From positions 1,127-65,126 of the forward strand of contig JAGATD010000049.1 in the NCBI GenBank assembly GCA_017621415.1: a DNA stretch of 64,000 nucleotides, read 5' to 3'. The notes beneath the pieces are model-generated. The model ran no database searches and was not told where the DNA came from. It saw nothing but the letters and a program-made list of their open reading frames with translations. Position 1 is the stretch's first letter. Each line of letters starts with the position of its first letter. Positions 1 through 9,240 of the stretch are shown piece by piece. A program made the position numbers and the translations under genes. The stretch comes from Clostridia bacterium. Its GTDB lineage: Bacteria > Bacillota > Clostridia > Oscillospirales > CAG-272.

Positions 1-218
1 GCTTCCTCGATGATACCGTCCTTTACGTTAAGCGAAAGCTTACAAGCGCCCTGCTGAGGTGCGCACCAGCCCACACCGTGAGTGTAAGCTGAGATGTCTG
101 CGATGTCCTTTGCCTTAACCCATTTGCCCTCTTCGGGAATGGGAGCGGGACCGTGATGAGGGCCCTTGGCAACAACGCACATGTTTTCCACTTCTTTGGA
201 ATAAACAAGTTCTGCCAT
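1..218 (-). CDS. NifU-like Fe-S cluster scaffold protein (5' part, runs off the window)
   Basis: Not in the ORF track. Manual translation from ATG at 218 (RBS AAGGAG): MAELVYSKEVENMCVVAKGPHHGPAPIPEEGKWV...THGVGWCAPQQGACKLSLNVKDGIIEE, the clostridial NifU_N-like family. Confidence 0.75.
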   Translation of the reverse strand, partial: MAELVYSKEVENMCVVAKGPHHGPAPIPEEGKWVKAKDIADISAYTHGVGWCAPQQGACKLSLNVKDGIIEE

Positions 219-237
219 GATTTATTTTCTCCTTTAA

Positions 238-876
238 TTAAATTAACTCTTTTATAATAGGCTCAATTGCCTCTGCATAAGCCTTACCGATAAACTCTGC
301 GCCGTTTGCATTAGGATGCACTCCGTCTGCGGAATAGTAAAGGGGCTCGGGCTGAGTTTTAACCGCTTCCTCAAAAAGATCATCAAGAGGAATGAATACG
401 TCAGCAAACTCATCAGCAAGGGCTCTTACTATCGGAGTGACGGTCTTAAGATCCTCGCGCAGATAGTCCTTTGTGGGATGGTCGAGAACATAGGGCGCAA
501 TCAATACGATTTTCGCATTGGTCTCTGCCTTAAGGCGCTCAAGAATCGCACGGTAGTTGGTTTCAATCTGCTTATCGGTAGTAAGTATTTTTGCACCGAA
601 ATCGTGTCTGTGCCAGATATCGTTAATACCGATTAGGATAGAAACAACGTCGGGGTCAAAGGCAATACCGTCGGTATAGAGGCGGTCGAAGAGCTGCGAT
701 GTTCTGTTACCGCTTATTCCGAAATTGATAAACTCGAAATCACAGTCCGGGTGTTTCTCCTTGATAAGCTCAGACGCATATTTAGGATATCCCTGCCCCA
801 TATCGTGGTAATTGCGGTGATCTCTTCCTGCATCTGTGATGCTATCACCCTGGAAAAGAATTTTTATATTTTTCAT
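238..876 (-). CDS. SGNH/GDSL hydrolase (esterase)
   Basis: GDSITD block I, GISGN, GIND block III, DGVHP block V. Confidence 0.9.
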   Translation of the reverse strand: MKNIKILFQGDSITDAGRDHRNYHDMGQGYPKYASELIKEKHPDCDFEFINFGISGNRTSQLFDRLYTDGIAFDPDVVSILIGINDIWHRHDFGAKILTTDKQIETNYRAILERLKAETNAKIVLIAPYVLDHPTKDYLREDLKTVTPIVRALADEFADVFIPLDDLFEEAVKTQPEPLYYSADGVHPNANGAEFIGKAYAEAIEPIIKELI

Positions 877-893
877 AGGTTTTACCTCGAAAA

Positions 894-1475
894 TTACTTA
901 ACGATTTCTCCCCATACCTCACGGGATGCGTTAAATACAGCGTTAGCCTCGTCGGTATCGATGTGCATCGCGGGAGCAAACTTCTCGGATACTCTGACTA
1001 CAACGTCGCCGAGGATTGCGGATCTGCCGGAATCGGAATCGATCTTAACAGAAACGATCTCCTTATCAGCAACACCCATATCACTAGCTACCTCGGGAGT
1101 GAGGTGGATGTGACGCTTAGCAGCGATTACACCTTCCTTAAGCTCAACCTCAGCGCCTGTCTCGGGGTTAACAAGCTTGCAAGCGCCACTGCCTGCAACG
1201 TCGCCGGACTCACGGATAGGAGCTGCAACACCTATAGAACGAGCGTCTGTAAGAGAAATCTCAACCTGGCTTGCGGGTCTTGTGGGGCCAAGGATAGATG
1301 CCTTGAGAGTGCCCTTGGGGCCAACTATTGTAAGCTTTTCCTCGCAAGCATACTGACCGGGCTGGCTAAGGTCCTTTTTCTTAGTAAGCTCGTAGCCCTT
1401 GCCAAAGAGGATATCAAGGTCCTCACGGGATACGTGAATGTGTCTTGCAGAGGTTTCGATAATTACCTTTTTCAT
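894..1475 (-). CDS. pduL: Phosphate propanoyltransferase/phosphotransacetylase PduL
   Basis: SARHIH, DLSQPGQYA, RESGD, AKRHIH, MHIDTDEANA motifs. Confidence 0.93.
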   Translation of the reverse strand: MKKVIIETSARHIHVSREDLDILFGKGYELTKKKDLSQPGQYACEEKLTIVGPKGTLKASILGPTRPASQVEISLTDARSIGVAAPIRESGDVAGSGACKLVNPETGAEVELKEGVIAAKRHIHLTPEVASDMGVADKEIVSVKIDSDSGRSAILGDVVVRVSEKFAPAMHIDTDEANAVFNASREVWGEIVK

Positions 1476-1628
1476 TTTAAAAACTCCTTAGGTTTTATTA
1501 TTTGCGGTCACTTTGCTATGTCCGCACATTTCCACCTTGCATTATAGCATAAAATAAAGAGAAAATCAATGCATAAAAGAAAAGATTATCGAAAAAAATA
1601 ACAAAAACCATTCTTCGGAGGCAAAAAA

Positions 1629-2303
1629 ATGGCAGAAGATGAAAGAGACGGCAAAAGCGACGTCGAAAACGGAAAAATGATTAAAGAGGGGGGAGCTGTT
1701 ATTGAGAACTCAGGCGGCTCCTTTTACTGCCTTACGATTATCGGGCAGATTGAGGGACATTATGTTCTCGACAACACTCAAAAAACCACAAAATACGACC
1801 ATGTTATCCCTACCCTTGTAGCTCTTGAGGAAAGTGACAATATTGACGGTATAATTATTTTGCTTAACACTCTTGGCGGAGATGTTGAGGCAGGACTTGC
1901 TATTTCGGAGGTTATTGCATCCTTAAGCAAGCCCACGGCATCGGTTGTGTTAGGCGGCGGACATTCTATCGGTGTTCCCTTAGCGGTAAGCGCTGACCGT
2001 TCGTTTATTGTACCGAGCGCCACTATGACTATACACCCAGTGAGAACAAACGGACTTGTTCTCGGTGTTCCTCAGGCATTTGACTACCTTGAAAAAATGC
2101 AAAACCGTATAATCGATTTTATTGTTAAGCACTCCGGAGTTTCGGAGGAGCACTTCAGAGAGCTGATAAACCGCACAGATACCCTGGTTAACGACATAGG
2201 CTCTATTCTTGACGGATATGAGGCTACAAAATGCGGTCTCATTGATGAAATCGGAGGAATAAAAGAGGCTCTCGCTTACCTTAAAGAGAAAACAGACAAA
2301 TAG
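1629..2303 (+). CDS. tepA: ClpP-like protease TepA
   Basis: IIGQIEGH, KTTKYDH, LNTLGGDVEAGLA, GGGHSIGVP, MTIHPVR. Confidence 0.85.
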   Translation: MAEDERDGKSDVENGKMIKEGGAVIENSGGSFYCLTIIGQIEGHYVLDNTQKTTKYDHVIPTLVALEESDNIDGIIILLNTLGGDVEAGLAISEVIASLSKPTASVVLGGGHSIGVPLAVSADRSFIVPSATMTIHPVRTNGLVLGVPQAFDYLEKMQNRIIDFIVKHSGVSEEHFRELINRTDTLVNDIGSILDGYEATKCGLIDEIGGIKEALAYLKEKTDK

Positions 2304-2379
2304 TTTTTTGCAAATCGGGCTTGTTTTTGCTCATTGTTTATGGTAAAATATACTCAACAAAGCAAATACGGAGGACATT

Positions 2380-3165
2380 ATGGGATTTTTAGACAAGCTC
2401 TTTGGAAAAACAAAGAGTAATAAGATACGAATAAAATTCTTTTCAAAAAAGGATACTCCTGACGAGCAGGAGAGATTTCTTGTATCCGACGAGGATGTTT
2501 TTTTAAACAAGCCCGCAGCAAAGTCCAAGCCTGAGAATACTCCAAAGCAAAAAAACAGTCTACCAAAAAAGACTGATGAAAAAATGATAATTTCGGTCTC
2601 TGCCGATGAGCCTGCTGTTGCTATAAAAAGCAAAAAAACTTCTGCTGAGACAAAAAGAGCGGATAACCTGTCGCAAACCGCACCTATTAACAGAAAAAAG
2701 ACAATTCCTATAAGTGATGCAGACAAGGACCCCGACGAGGCAGGAGCTGTGACTGTTACCGAGGGAAAGGCTACAAGAAACGGCAAATTTGACATAAAAA
2801 AGGCTAAAGACGGCAGATATTTCTTCAGCCTTTATGCATCAAACTATGCGGTTATCGCCTACTCGCAGATCTACTCCTCGTCAAGCGCCGCAATGAACGG
2901 CATTAAGAGCATTATTGCAAATGCGGGTAAAACTCCCATAGAGGACACCACCTTAAAGGCTCCCAAAACCCACCCCTTCCCCAAGTGGGAAATTTACATA
3001 GACCGCGCGGGCGAATATCGCTTCAGACTATATGCGCAAAACGGTCTTTGTATCTGCCATTCGGCTCACGGTTATTCTACCAAGTCCGGCTGCAAGGGCG
3101 GAATTGAGAGCATTGGCAGATTTGCCTCGGATGCGGCAAAGATTGATAAAAAGTATTTGAAATAA
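2380..3165 (+). CDS. YegP/DUF1508 tandem-domain protein with long charged N-terminal extension
   Basis: Two repeats: GKFDIKKAKDGRYFFSLYASN..SQIY..NGIKSI and KWEIYIDRAGEYRFRLYAQNG..GY..GIESI. Confidence 0.8.
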   Translation: MGFLDKLFGKTKSNKIRIKFFSKKDTPDEQERFLVSDEDVFLNKPAAKSKPENTPKQKNSLPKKTDEKMIISVSADEPAVAIKSKKTSAETKRADNLSQTAPINRKKTIPISDADKDPDEAGAVTVTEGKATRNGKFDIKKAKDGRYFFSLYASNYAVIAYSQIYSSSSAAMNGIKSIIANAGKTPIEDTTLKAPKTHPFPKWEIYIDRAGEYRFRLYAQNGLCICHSAHGYSTKSGCKGGIESIGRFASDAAKIDKKYLK

Positions 3166-3173
3166 AACTAAAG

Positions 3174-3249
3174 AGGCGAGCTGTTTTTATGCGGCTCGCC
3201 TTAGAAATATTTGATTTAACATAGCTCGGACCGCCGTTTTGGCGGTCCG
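3174..3249. terminator. Two hairpins between convergent genes
   Basis: AGGCGAGC..GCTCGCCT (3174-3201) and CGGACCGCC-GTTTT-GGCGGTCCG (3227-3249). Confidence 0.65.
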
Positions 3250-3253
3250 TTTT

Positions 3254-3281
3254 AATTTCGAATTTCAAATTTTGAATTTTG
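3254..3281. repeat. Heptamer tandem repeat AATT(T)(C/T)(G/A) x4
   Basis: aatttcg aatttca aattttg aattttg. Confidence 0.6.
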
Positions 3282-3294
3282 GATTCCTCATGGA

Positions 3295-3528
3295 CTAGTT
3301 CCCGAGAGCAATCCAGGCCTCAGCGGTTTTCTTAGACATTCTCTTTATGTCCTCTTTAGGATACTTAGACTCCTCGCCTCCGTTTGTATAGAGGAAATAG
3401 CTGCCGTCAGCGGTTTTGTAGAGTGTTTCCTCGTAACCGTCGGCATCGCCAAAGCTGCCAAATGTTCTCTTCTCAACCACTTCAGACGCAGCGGTATCAT
3501 ACTCTTTTTTGCAAATTATTTTTTTCAT
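3295..3528 (-). CDS. Small hypothetical protein
   Basis: MKKIICKKEYDT..YEETLYKT..YFLY; ATG at 3528 with an AAGGTG RBS. Confidence 0.7.
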   Translation of the reverse strand: MKKIICKKEYDTAASEVVEKRTFGSFGDADGYEETLYKTADGSYFLYTNGGEESKYPKEDIKRMSKKTAEAWIALGN

Positions 3529-3545
3529 AACAAGCACCTTTCTTT

Positions 3546-4898
3546 TTACATTATTATTTCTCTTTTTTTACCTTTATATCCCTTATATTCCGGGGCTATG
3601 TATATTTTTGCTTTCTCGGAATCGCGCGGCGACTGTCCGGCTCCCTTTACTTCCTTAATTCTCACATTTTCAAAATTAAGTCCGTTTACTGTATCAGCGG
3701 TAATGCAGTTTGACGCATTCATCCGAATATCCTTGAAATAGAAGTTATCCATAGCACCGTTCGGAACATTGGCAATCAGTATGCCGTTTTCAACATCGTC
3801 ACAGGTGATATTTTCAAAATAAAGGTTACGCACGGTAGGCATATTAAGACCCGGAATTTCAGGGTCGTCGTTTGCTTCACAGCTATAACGGTAGGTTATG
3901 CGAACACCGTTTGTACCTTTATGCATATGGATGTTACGGTATTCTATATTTTCTACTATACCGCCTCTTCCGTCCTTGCTCTTAATGCTTAAGCAATTGA
4001 TATTCTGATTAAAATCGCAGTTTTCGGCAAGTACGTTTCTGACACCGGCAGACATCTCGCTGCCGATAGTGACACCGCCGCTCATAGACGGACCAAGGGA
4101 GCGGCAATTTCTTATCACAACGTTCTCGCAAGGGATACCAACGTCCCATGCATCCTCGTTTCTGCCCGCCTTAAGGCAGAACATATCGTCGCCTGTCATA
4201 TTTACAGTGCAGTTTTCAACCAAGGCTCTGTTGCAGGACTCGATATTAACAGCATCGGTGTTAGGAGAAACGGTTGGGTTTTCTACCGTGACACCTCTTA
4301 CAATTACATCCTCGCACCATACGGGGTGAACTGTCCAGCAAGGCGAATTTACGAGAGTTATTCCCTCGATAAGCACGTTTTTGCTCTCAAGAATCTGCAA
4401 AAACATGGGGCGCAGACCGAGCTCTTCTGTTCCGTAAACACGCTCCTCTACAGGTCGGCGGTCGAAATAGAGAATATCACGGCCTGTGAGATTCTTTGCC
4501 CACTTCCACCACTCGGGGCCGTTTCCGTCAAGGACTCCTTTGCCCGTTATGGCAACATTCTCAAGGCCTCTGCCGTATATGAGGGGAGAATAGTTCATAC
4601 ATCTGATGCCCTCATACATTGTAAGAACCACGGGATAATCCTCTGGGTTATAAGAGAATGTAATTTTTGCTCCATCCTCAAAATGAAGATTAACATTACT
4701 CTTTAAATGAATTGCTCCTGATATCCAATTACCCTTAGGTACAACTACTGTACCTCCGCCCTGCTCCGCCATAGCATTTATAGCATTATTAAAAGCGAAT
4801 GTGGAAAGGCAGTCCTCTTTTGCTCCAAAATCAAGAACAGAAAGCTGTCTTTCGGGGAATACCGGGTCTTCGGGAAGCTTAAATGGCTTAAAAAACAT
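3546..4898 (-). CDS. Glycoside hydrolase family 28 (polygalacturonase-like), cytoplasmic
   Basis: GAIHLKSNVNL, SPNTDAVN, GDD..CLKAG, IGSEMSAGV; no signal peptide. Confidence 0.88.
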   Translation of the reverse strand: MFFKPFKLPEDPVFPERQLSVLDFGAKEDCLSTFAFNNAINAMAEQGGGTVVVPKGNWISGAIHLKSNVNLHFEDGAKITFSYNPEDYPVVLTMYEGIRCMNYSPLIYGRGLENVAITGKGVLDGNGPEWWKWAKNLTGRDILYFDRRPVEERVYGTEELGLRPMFLQILESKNVLIEGITLVNSPCWTVHPVWCEDVIVRGVTVENPTVSPNTDAVNIESCNRALVENCTVNMTGDDMFCLKAGRNEDAWDVGIPCENVVIRNCRSLGPSMSGGVTIGSEMSAGVRNVLAENCDFNQNINCLSIKSKDGRGGIVENIEYRNIHMHKGTNGVRITYRYSCEANDDPEIPGLNMPTVRNLYFENITCDDVENGILIANVPNGAMDNFYFKDIRMNASNCITADTVNGLNFENVRIKEVKGAGQSPRDSEKAKIYIAPEYKGYKGKKREIIM

Positions 4899-5136
4899 TT
4901 CGGTGTCCTCTGTAAAACTATTTCGTCATTTATTTTATCATATTCCGAGAAAGAATACAAGTAACTTTTTTATCTTTTTTTCAAAAAATGGGTGTTCTTT
5001 TTATCCTTGTGCGTAATTCGACAGTATAATTGCGTCCTTGGTGATATTATTTTTATGCCCTTGTTTTAGTGTTAAGGAGCGAACGCGAGAGATTGCTATA
5101 TCATAGAATGAAATAAAAAACTCTGACGAGGTAAAG

Positions 5137-6324
5137 ATGAAAATACATACTTTTAAATCAGGCGAAACTCTTGAGGGAATTGCAAAGCAATACGGAATAA
5201 CAAAGGAGTGTTTACTTTCTTCCAATATAAACGGTGCCGAGCATGCCGCCCTTGGAGAAGAGCTATTGATACTGACCCCGACAAGAACACACGTTATTAA
5301 ACCTGGCGACACACCCGAGAGGCTTGCTGTAAGATACGGTGTTTGGAAATCGGATATTTTAGCGCAAAATCCATGGATATGCACCGAGGGAATGACTCCG
5401 GGTAAAACGGTTATTTTGAAATATGATGACAGAATGTACGGCACGGCGCCTACAAACGGCTATCTATATCCAGGGTTTGATAAAAAGCGGCTTGAGTGCG
5501 CGATGCCGTATTTGACCTATGTTACCGTATGCTCTGCTGTGGCTGACGCGGCTGGAATAAATTTTGTTTTCAATGACGGAGAAATTGTAGAAAGACTTTT
5601 ATTCGAAAACAAGATTCCCCTGCTGCGTATTTTTGAAAAGGCTGAAGGGAAAAAGCTTTGCGCATGTAAAAGCAGAGCGGCTTATATAAATAAAATAGTT
5701 GATGCCGCAGTCTCGAAAAAATACATGGGAATTGTTCTTTCGGCAGCCAACGGAGATGAAGATTTCTGCAATTACGGTGAGTTTATTGTTGAATTAAGAA
5801 GAGCTATGATAGGCTGCGAGCTTATTCTTATACTTGAGGTTGATGAAAGTGTTCCGCCTGAAATTTGCGAGCTGGCAGACGGCAACATTCTTTTTTATCC
5901 AAAATATGTGACAAACCCCAAGATAAGCTTTGATGACGGAGAGAGACGCTTCTACTCAGATTTCGCAGTCTCTGCCGAGTCGGCAAAGGCATTTATCGAT
6001 ATTCCAGCGCTGGCACGGCTCGAAAACAGCTTTTTAACCCTAGATGAAGCCACAAATACAGCCAGAAAAAAAGGACTTTGTATTAATACGAACACGGAGA
6101 CATTAATTTCAGAATTTTATGATAATGAAAAAGGAAGCTGCGCATTTTCGTCTTTAGGAAACGTAAAAAGCATTTACGACATTATTGAGGAATACGGATT
6201 TATGGGCGCAAGCTTTGATATATCGAGGACTCCTATTACCCACCTGCTTATGTACAATGCTCTTTTCAAAACGGCATCACACACAAATGTAAGAGCTCCC
6301 GAGGGGTGCAGCAAGGAGCGCTGA
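5137..6324 (+). CDS. LysM-domain protein with degenerate GH18-like domain (YaaH/SleL-like)
   Basis: Two N-terminal LysM repeats (HTFKSGETL, HVIKPGDT), then NGYLYP..MPYLTY as in YaaH; DxxDxDxE absent. Confidence 0.7.
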   Translation: MKIHTFKSGETLEGIAKQYGITKECLLSSNINGAEHAALGEELLILTPTRTHVIKPGDTPERLAVRYGVWKSDILAQNPWICTEGMTPGKTVILKYDDRMYGTAPTNGYLYPGFDKKRLECAMPYLTYVTVCSAVADAAGINFVFNDGEIVERLLFENKIPLLRIFEKAEGKKLCACKSRAAYINKIVDAAVSKKYMGIVLSAANGDEDFCNYGEFIVELRRAMIGCELILILEVDESVPPEICELADGNILFYPKYVTNPKISFDDGERRFYSDFAVSAESAKAFIDIPALARLENSFLTLDEATNTARKKGLCINTNTETLISEFYDNEKGSCAFSSLGNVKSIYDIIEEYGFMGASFDISRTPITHLLMYNALFKTASHTNVRAPEGCSKER

Positions 6325-6332
6325 AAACGAAG

Positions 6333-6374
6333 AGGCTGTCTCAAACGCTATAAAAAATGCATTTAAGACAGCCT
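6333..6374. terminator. Hairpin between convergent genes
   Basis: AGGCTGTC...GACAGCCT inverted repeat. Confidence 0.55.
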
Positions 6375-6400
6375 ATAATATGTTTATTGGGAGGTTGATT

Positions 6401-7690
6401 TTATGCCTTTGTTTCGTCAAGGGCCGATTCGGCTTCCTTTTTCTTAAACCTGTTGTTCATAGGAATAAGAATTAGCGCGACAATTACCGAGACAAGAAGC
6501 GATGCGCACCACACGCCCTGTGTTACTCCCCAACCGAAGTTATCGGCAATAACGGCGATAACATAACCCGAGGCGCAAACACCAAGGCTGCCTGCGGTAT
6601 TGTATATACCTGTGGCTGTGGCATTTTTTCCGTATTTCGAAAATCCGGAATTGAAATACGACATAAAGAGTGTCGGAGCCGTTGAAGTGGTGGACATAAG
6701 ACAAAGAATTATCATTGTTGTGATAAGGTTGTCCGAGAAAAGGAGCGCTACTGACAGACCGAGAGTAAGAATCAGAAATACTGCAATTCCCGTCATATCA
6801 CTCATTTTGTCCTTTAGCAAAAATCTTACCATCATTGTTCCCGCAATGCCCGCTATAATAATAAAGATGTTTAGCAGGTTGGAAATTTGGGGAGACATAC
6901 CGTATGTTTCCATTATCATTGTAGGAGAGAGACTCTTTATTCCCTGACCTATAACGCTTCTTACAAACACAGGAATAAGGAGCAGGAACATTCCGCTGAA
7001 CCAGAAGAGTTTAATAGAGCTTCCGCTATAAGATACAGAAGCTGTTGCCTTAACCTCTACGGCTTCTACCCTATCGGGTATCATACATTTGTTAATATGT
7101 CTGTCATAGAAGTGAATTCCTACCGCAAGACCCAGAAGAAGAGCCGCCGAGACAGCAAAGTTATACTCCCAGCTGGGAAGAAACGCGGCAAGCAGATAGT
7201 TTCCGAGAAGTCCCGCGGTCGAAGAAAGCGACATATAAAATATCATTTGCTTTCTATCGCTTCGGCAAAGCTCGCTCGTCATAATCTTGAACACTGAGGG
7301 CCAAACGGCAAACTGAACAACAGCGTTTAACACCCATGTTATAAGCATTACGTAATAATTCTGATTAAAAAATATAATCGAGTTTGCCACAGCGCCGCCG
7401 ATAAGTCCGATCTTAATGAGTAAATGGGGACTGAAGCGGTCTGCCGCCATACCTCCGACTATCTGAAGCGGGGCGTAAACTATATAGAAAGCGGCGGTTA
7501 TTGAGCCTGTCTGGGATTTTGTAAGTATTCCCTCGTTCACTATATCCGCAAGAGCTGCGTTAAAGCAGTTTTTTGTCATATAGACGATGGCATAAAGTAC
7601 AAAAAGGAATATAAAGAAATGCCATGACACAGGCTTGTTTTCAAAGTGGAGATGTGTGTCTCGCTCAACATTATATTTAGATTTTACCAT
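6401..7690 (-). CDS. MFS transporter (OPA/sugar-phosphate-like)
   Basis: About 12 hydrophobic segments, GGMAADRFSP motif A. Confidence 0.88.
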   Translation of the reverse strand: MVKSKYNVERDTHLHFENKPVSWHFFIFLFVLYAIVYMTKNCFNAALADIVNEGILTKSQTGSITAAFYIVYAPLQIVGGMAADRFSPHLLIKIGLIGGAVANSIIFFNQNYYVMLITWVLNAVVQFAVWPSVFKIMTSELCRSDRKQMIFYMSLSSTAGLLGNYLLAAFLPSWEYNFAVSAALLLGLAVGIHFYDRHINKCMIPDRVEAVEVKATASVSYSGSSIKLFWFSGMFLLLIPVFVRSVIGQGIKSLSPTMIMETYGMSPQISNLLNIFIIIAGIAGTMMVRFLLKDKMSDMTGIAVFLILTLGLSVALLFSDNLITTMIILCLMSTTSTAPTLFMSYFNSGFSKYGKNATATGIYNTAGSLGVCASGYVIAVIADNFGWGVTQGVWCASLLVSVIVALILIPMNNRFKKKEAESALDETKA

Positions 7691-9225
7691 TTTTTATCGT
7701 AAATTTCTTCGCCCTCAAACATATCGGCAATATCACGAAGCTGCTCTCTTACAAGCAAGTCGCCGCCCTCGTGGCCTACGTTACCCGAGGTGATGTACGC
7801 GGAGTAGTGACCCGCCTTTTCTGCCTTTTCGGTAGGAAGATAACCGCCCTGACCGCAGCAAAGCTGAACGATAAAGGTCTGCTCGGCGTAGCTTCTCGCC
7901 TTAATTCTGTTACCATAATCAAGGAAGAGCTCAAAGGGATTGGTAACAAAGGCAACAGGACCGAATCTTACAGCATGATACTCAATGTTGTAGATTTCCT
8001 GTGTCTGCTGCATGCGGTAGCGGAGAATCGTGCCCGAATGAACGTACATTTTCGCATTATCCGCATATGTAAACACATCGTTATTCGCATTCTTCTGTAC
8101 GTAATACTCTATTTCACGAACTGCATTGTTATACTCTTCCTTCGTTGCCTTACGGAGAGGCAGGTCAAGACTCTTTACCTTATGGCAGAACTTCATTTCA
8201 TCCATAAGAGCGTCCTTATCAATATCCTCGTAAACCGAGATTATCTCGTTTGCAACCCTCTTACCTGCCTTGTTGCAGCCGGAAATATCGAACATTGAGG
8301 GGTCTGCCTTATGCTTTAAGGGGAGAGGTCTTATAACGTGGGGGTCGTCGATAGGAGTTTCGGGCTGAACCCAACGAACAAGGTCACGGGGACACTGGTC
8401 GCCGCCGGCACCTCCAAGGCCGAGAAGATAAATATCCTTGCCCAGCTTTTCGCGGATTATAGCCTTTGCTCTGCCCCAATAGTCGGCAGAAATAAAGCTT
8501 CTCTGCTCAAGAATCTGGGAGGGACAAGCGATATTCGCAACAACGCCCGTTAGATTTTTATCTGTATCGAATATGTAAAGAAGCTCGATTCCCGAGTCGT
8601 TTCCGCCCTCAAGTGCAACAAAGTTTGCGGAGTTTGTGTCGCCCCACATCTCGGAGGTTCCGTCATCGTAATGAACTCTTCTGCACATACCGACGGCGGC
8701 TCTGCCGAACTCGTTTGAGAACATTGCACCTTTACGGTTTTTCCAAGCCTTTACCGCCGCCTTTGCTATTCTGTCGCTGACAAAAAGAGAGGCTTCCTTG
8801 GGGTCGATAACAGAATCATCGGCGGTAACAAGTGCCTTGTACTCCTTTTCGGGAGGCATAAACTCGGCAAGAATATCTCTTGTTGTAGTGATAGGATTTC
8901 TTCCATCTGTTTCAAACTCGTCAGGAGGCGCAAGTGTATGTGACGTATGGGTGTGGGTTGCTGCTATCATCAGCTTCATCGGGTCAAAACCAGGGCACTC
9001 TTCGCCAACCTTACGGCGTACAAGAGCCGTAACATAGTCTGGAATGCTGGTCATATCGGCAGAGATCATTATCATCTGATCGCCCTGAGCCTCGACCGCC
9101 ATAGCGGTTGCGGTTATTTCCGACTCAACATACTGTGAAATTCTCTCGTAAAACTGTCCCGCAAGACGAACCTTTTTTGTGGGAACGAGGCTCTCCTCGC
9201 CCCAGCCTATAAGTAGTTTTGACAT
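7684..9225 (-). CDS. Neutral/alkaline ceramidase-like putative metal-dependent hydrolase
   Basis: AATHTHTS, ISADYWG, GAGGDQCP, PFELF..YG, GYLPT motifs. Confidence 0.65.
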   Translation of the reverse strand: MSKLLIGWGEESLVPTKKVRLAGQFYERISQYVESEITATAMAVEAQGDQMIMISADMTSIPDYVTALVRRKVGEECPGFDPMKLMIAATHTHTSHTLAPPDEFETDGRNPITTTRDILAEFMPPEKEYKALVTADDSVIDPKEASLFVSDRIAKAAVKAWKNRKGAMFSNEFGRAAVGMCRRVHYDDGTSEMWGDTNSANFVALEGGNDSGIELLYIFDTDKNLTGVVANIACPSQILEQRSFISADYWGRAKAIIREKLGKDIYLLGLGGAGGDQCPRDLVRWVQPETPIDDPHVIRPLPLKHKADPSMFDISGCNKAGKRVANEIISVYEDIDKDALMDEMKFCHKVKSLDLPLRKATKEEYNNAVREIEYYVQKNANNDVFTYADNAKMYVHSGTILRYRMQQTQEIYNIEYHAVRFGPVAFVTNPFELFLDYGNRIKARSYAEQTFIVQLCCGQGGYLPTEKAEKAGHYSAYITSGNVGHEGGDLLVREQLRDIADMFEGEEIYDKKW

Positions 9226-9240
9226 TTTATTTTCTCCTTA

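Noticed and set aside
894-1475. Bacterial microcompartment locus
   Set aside because: pduL stands alone with no shell genes; it probably acts as a housekeeping phosphotransacylase.
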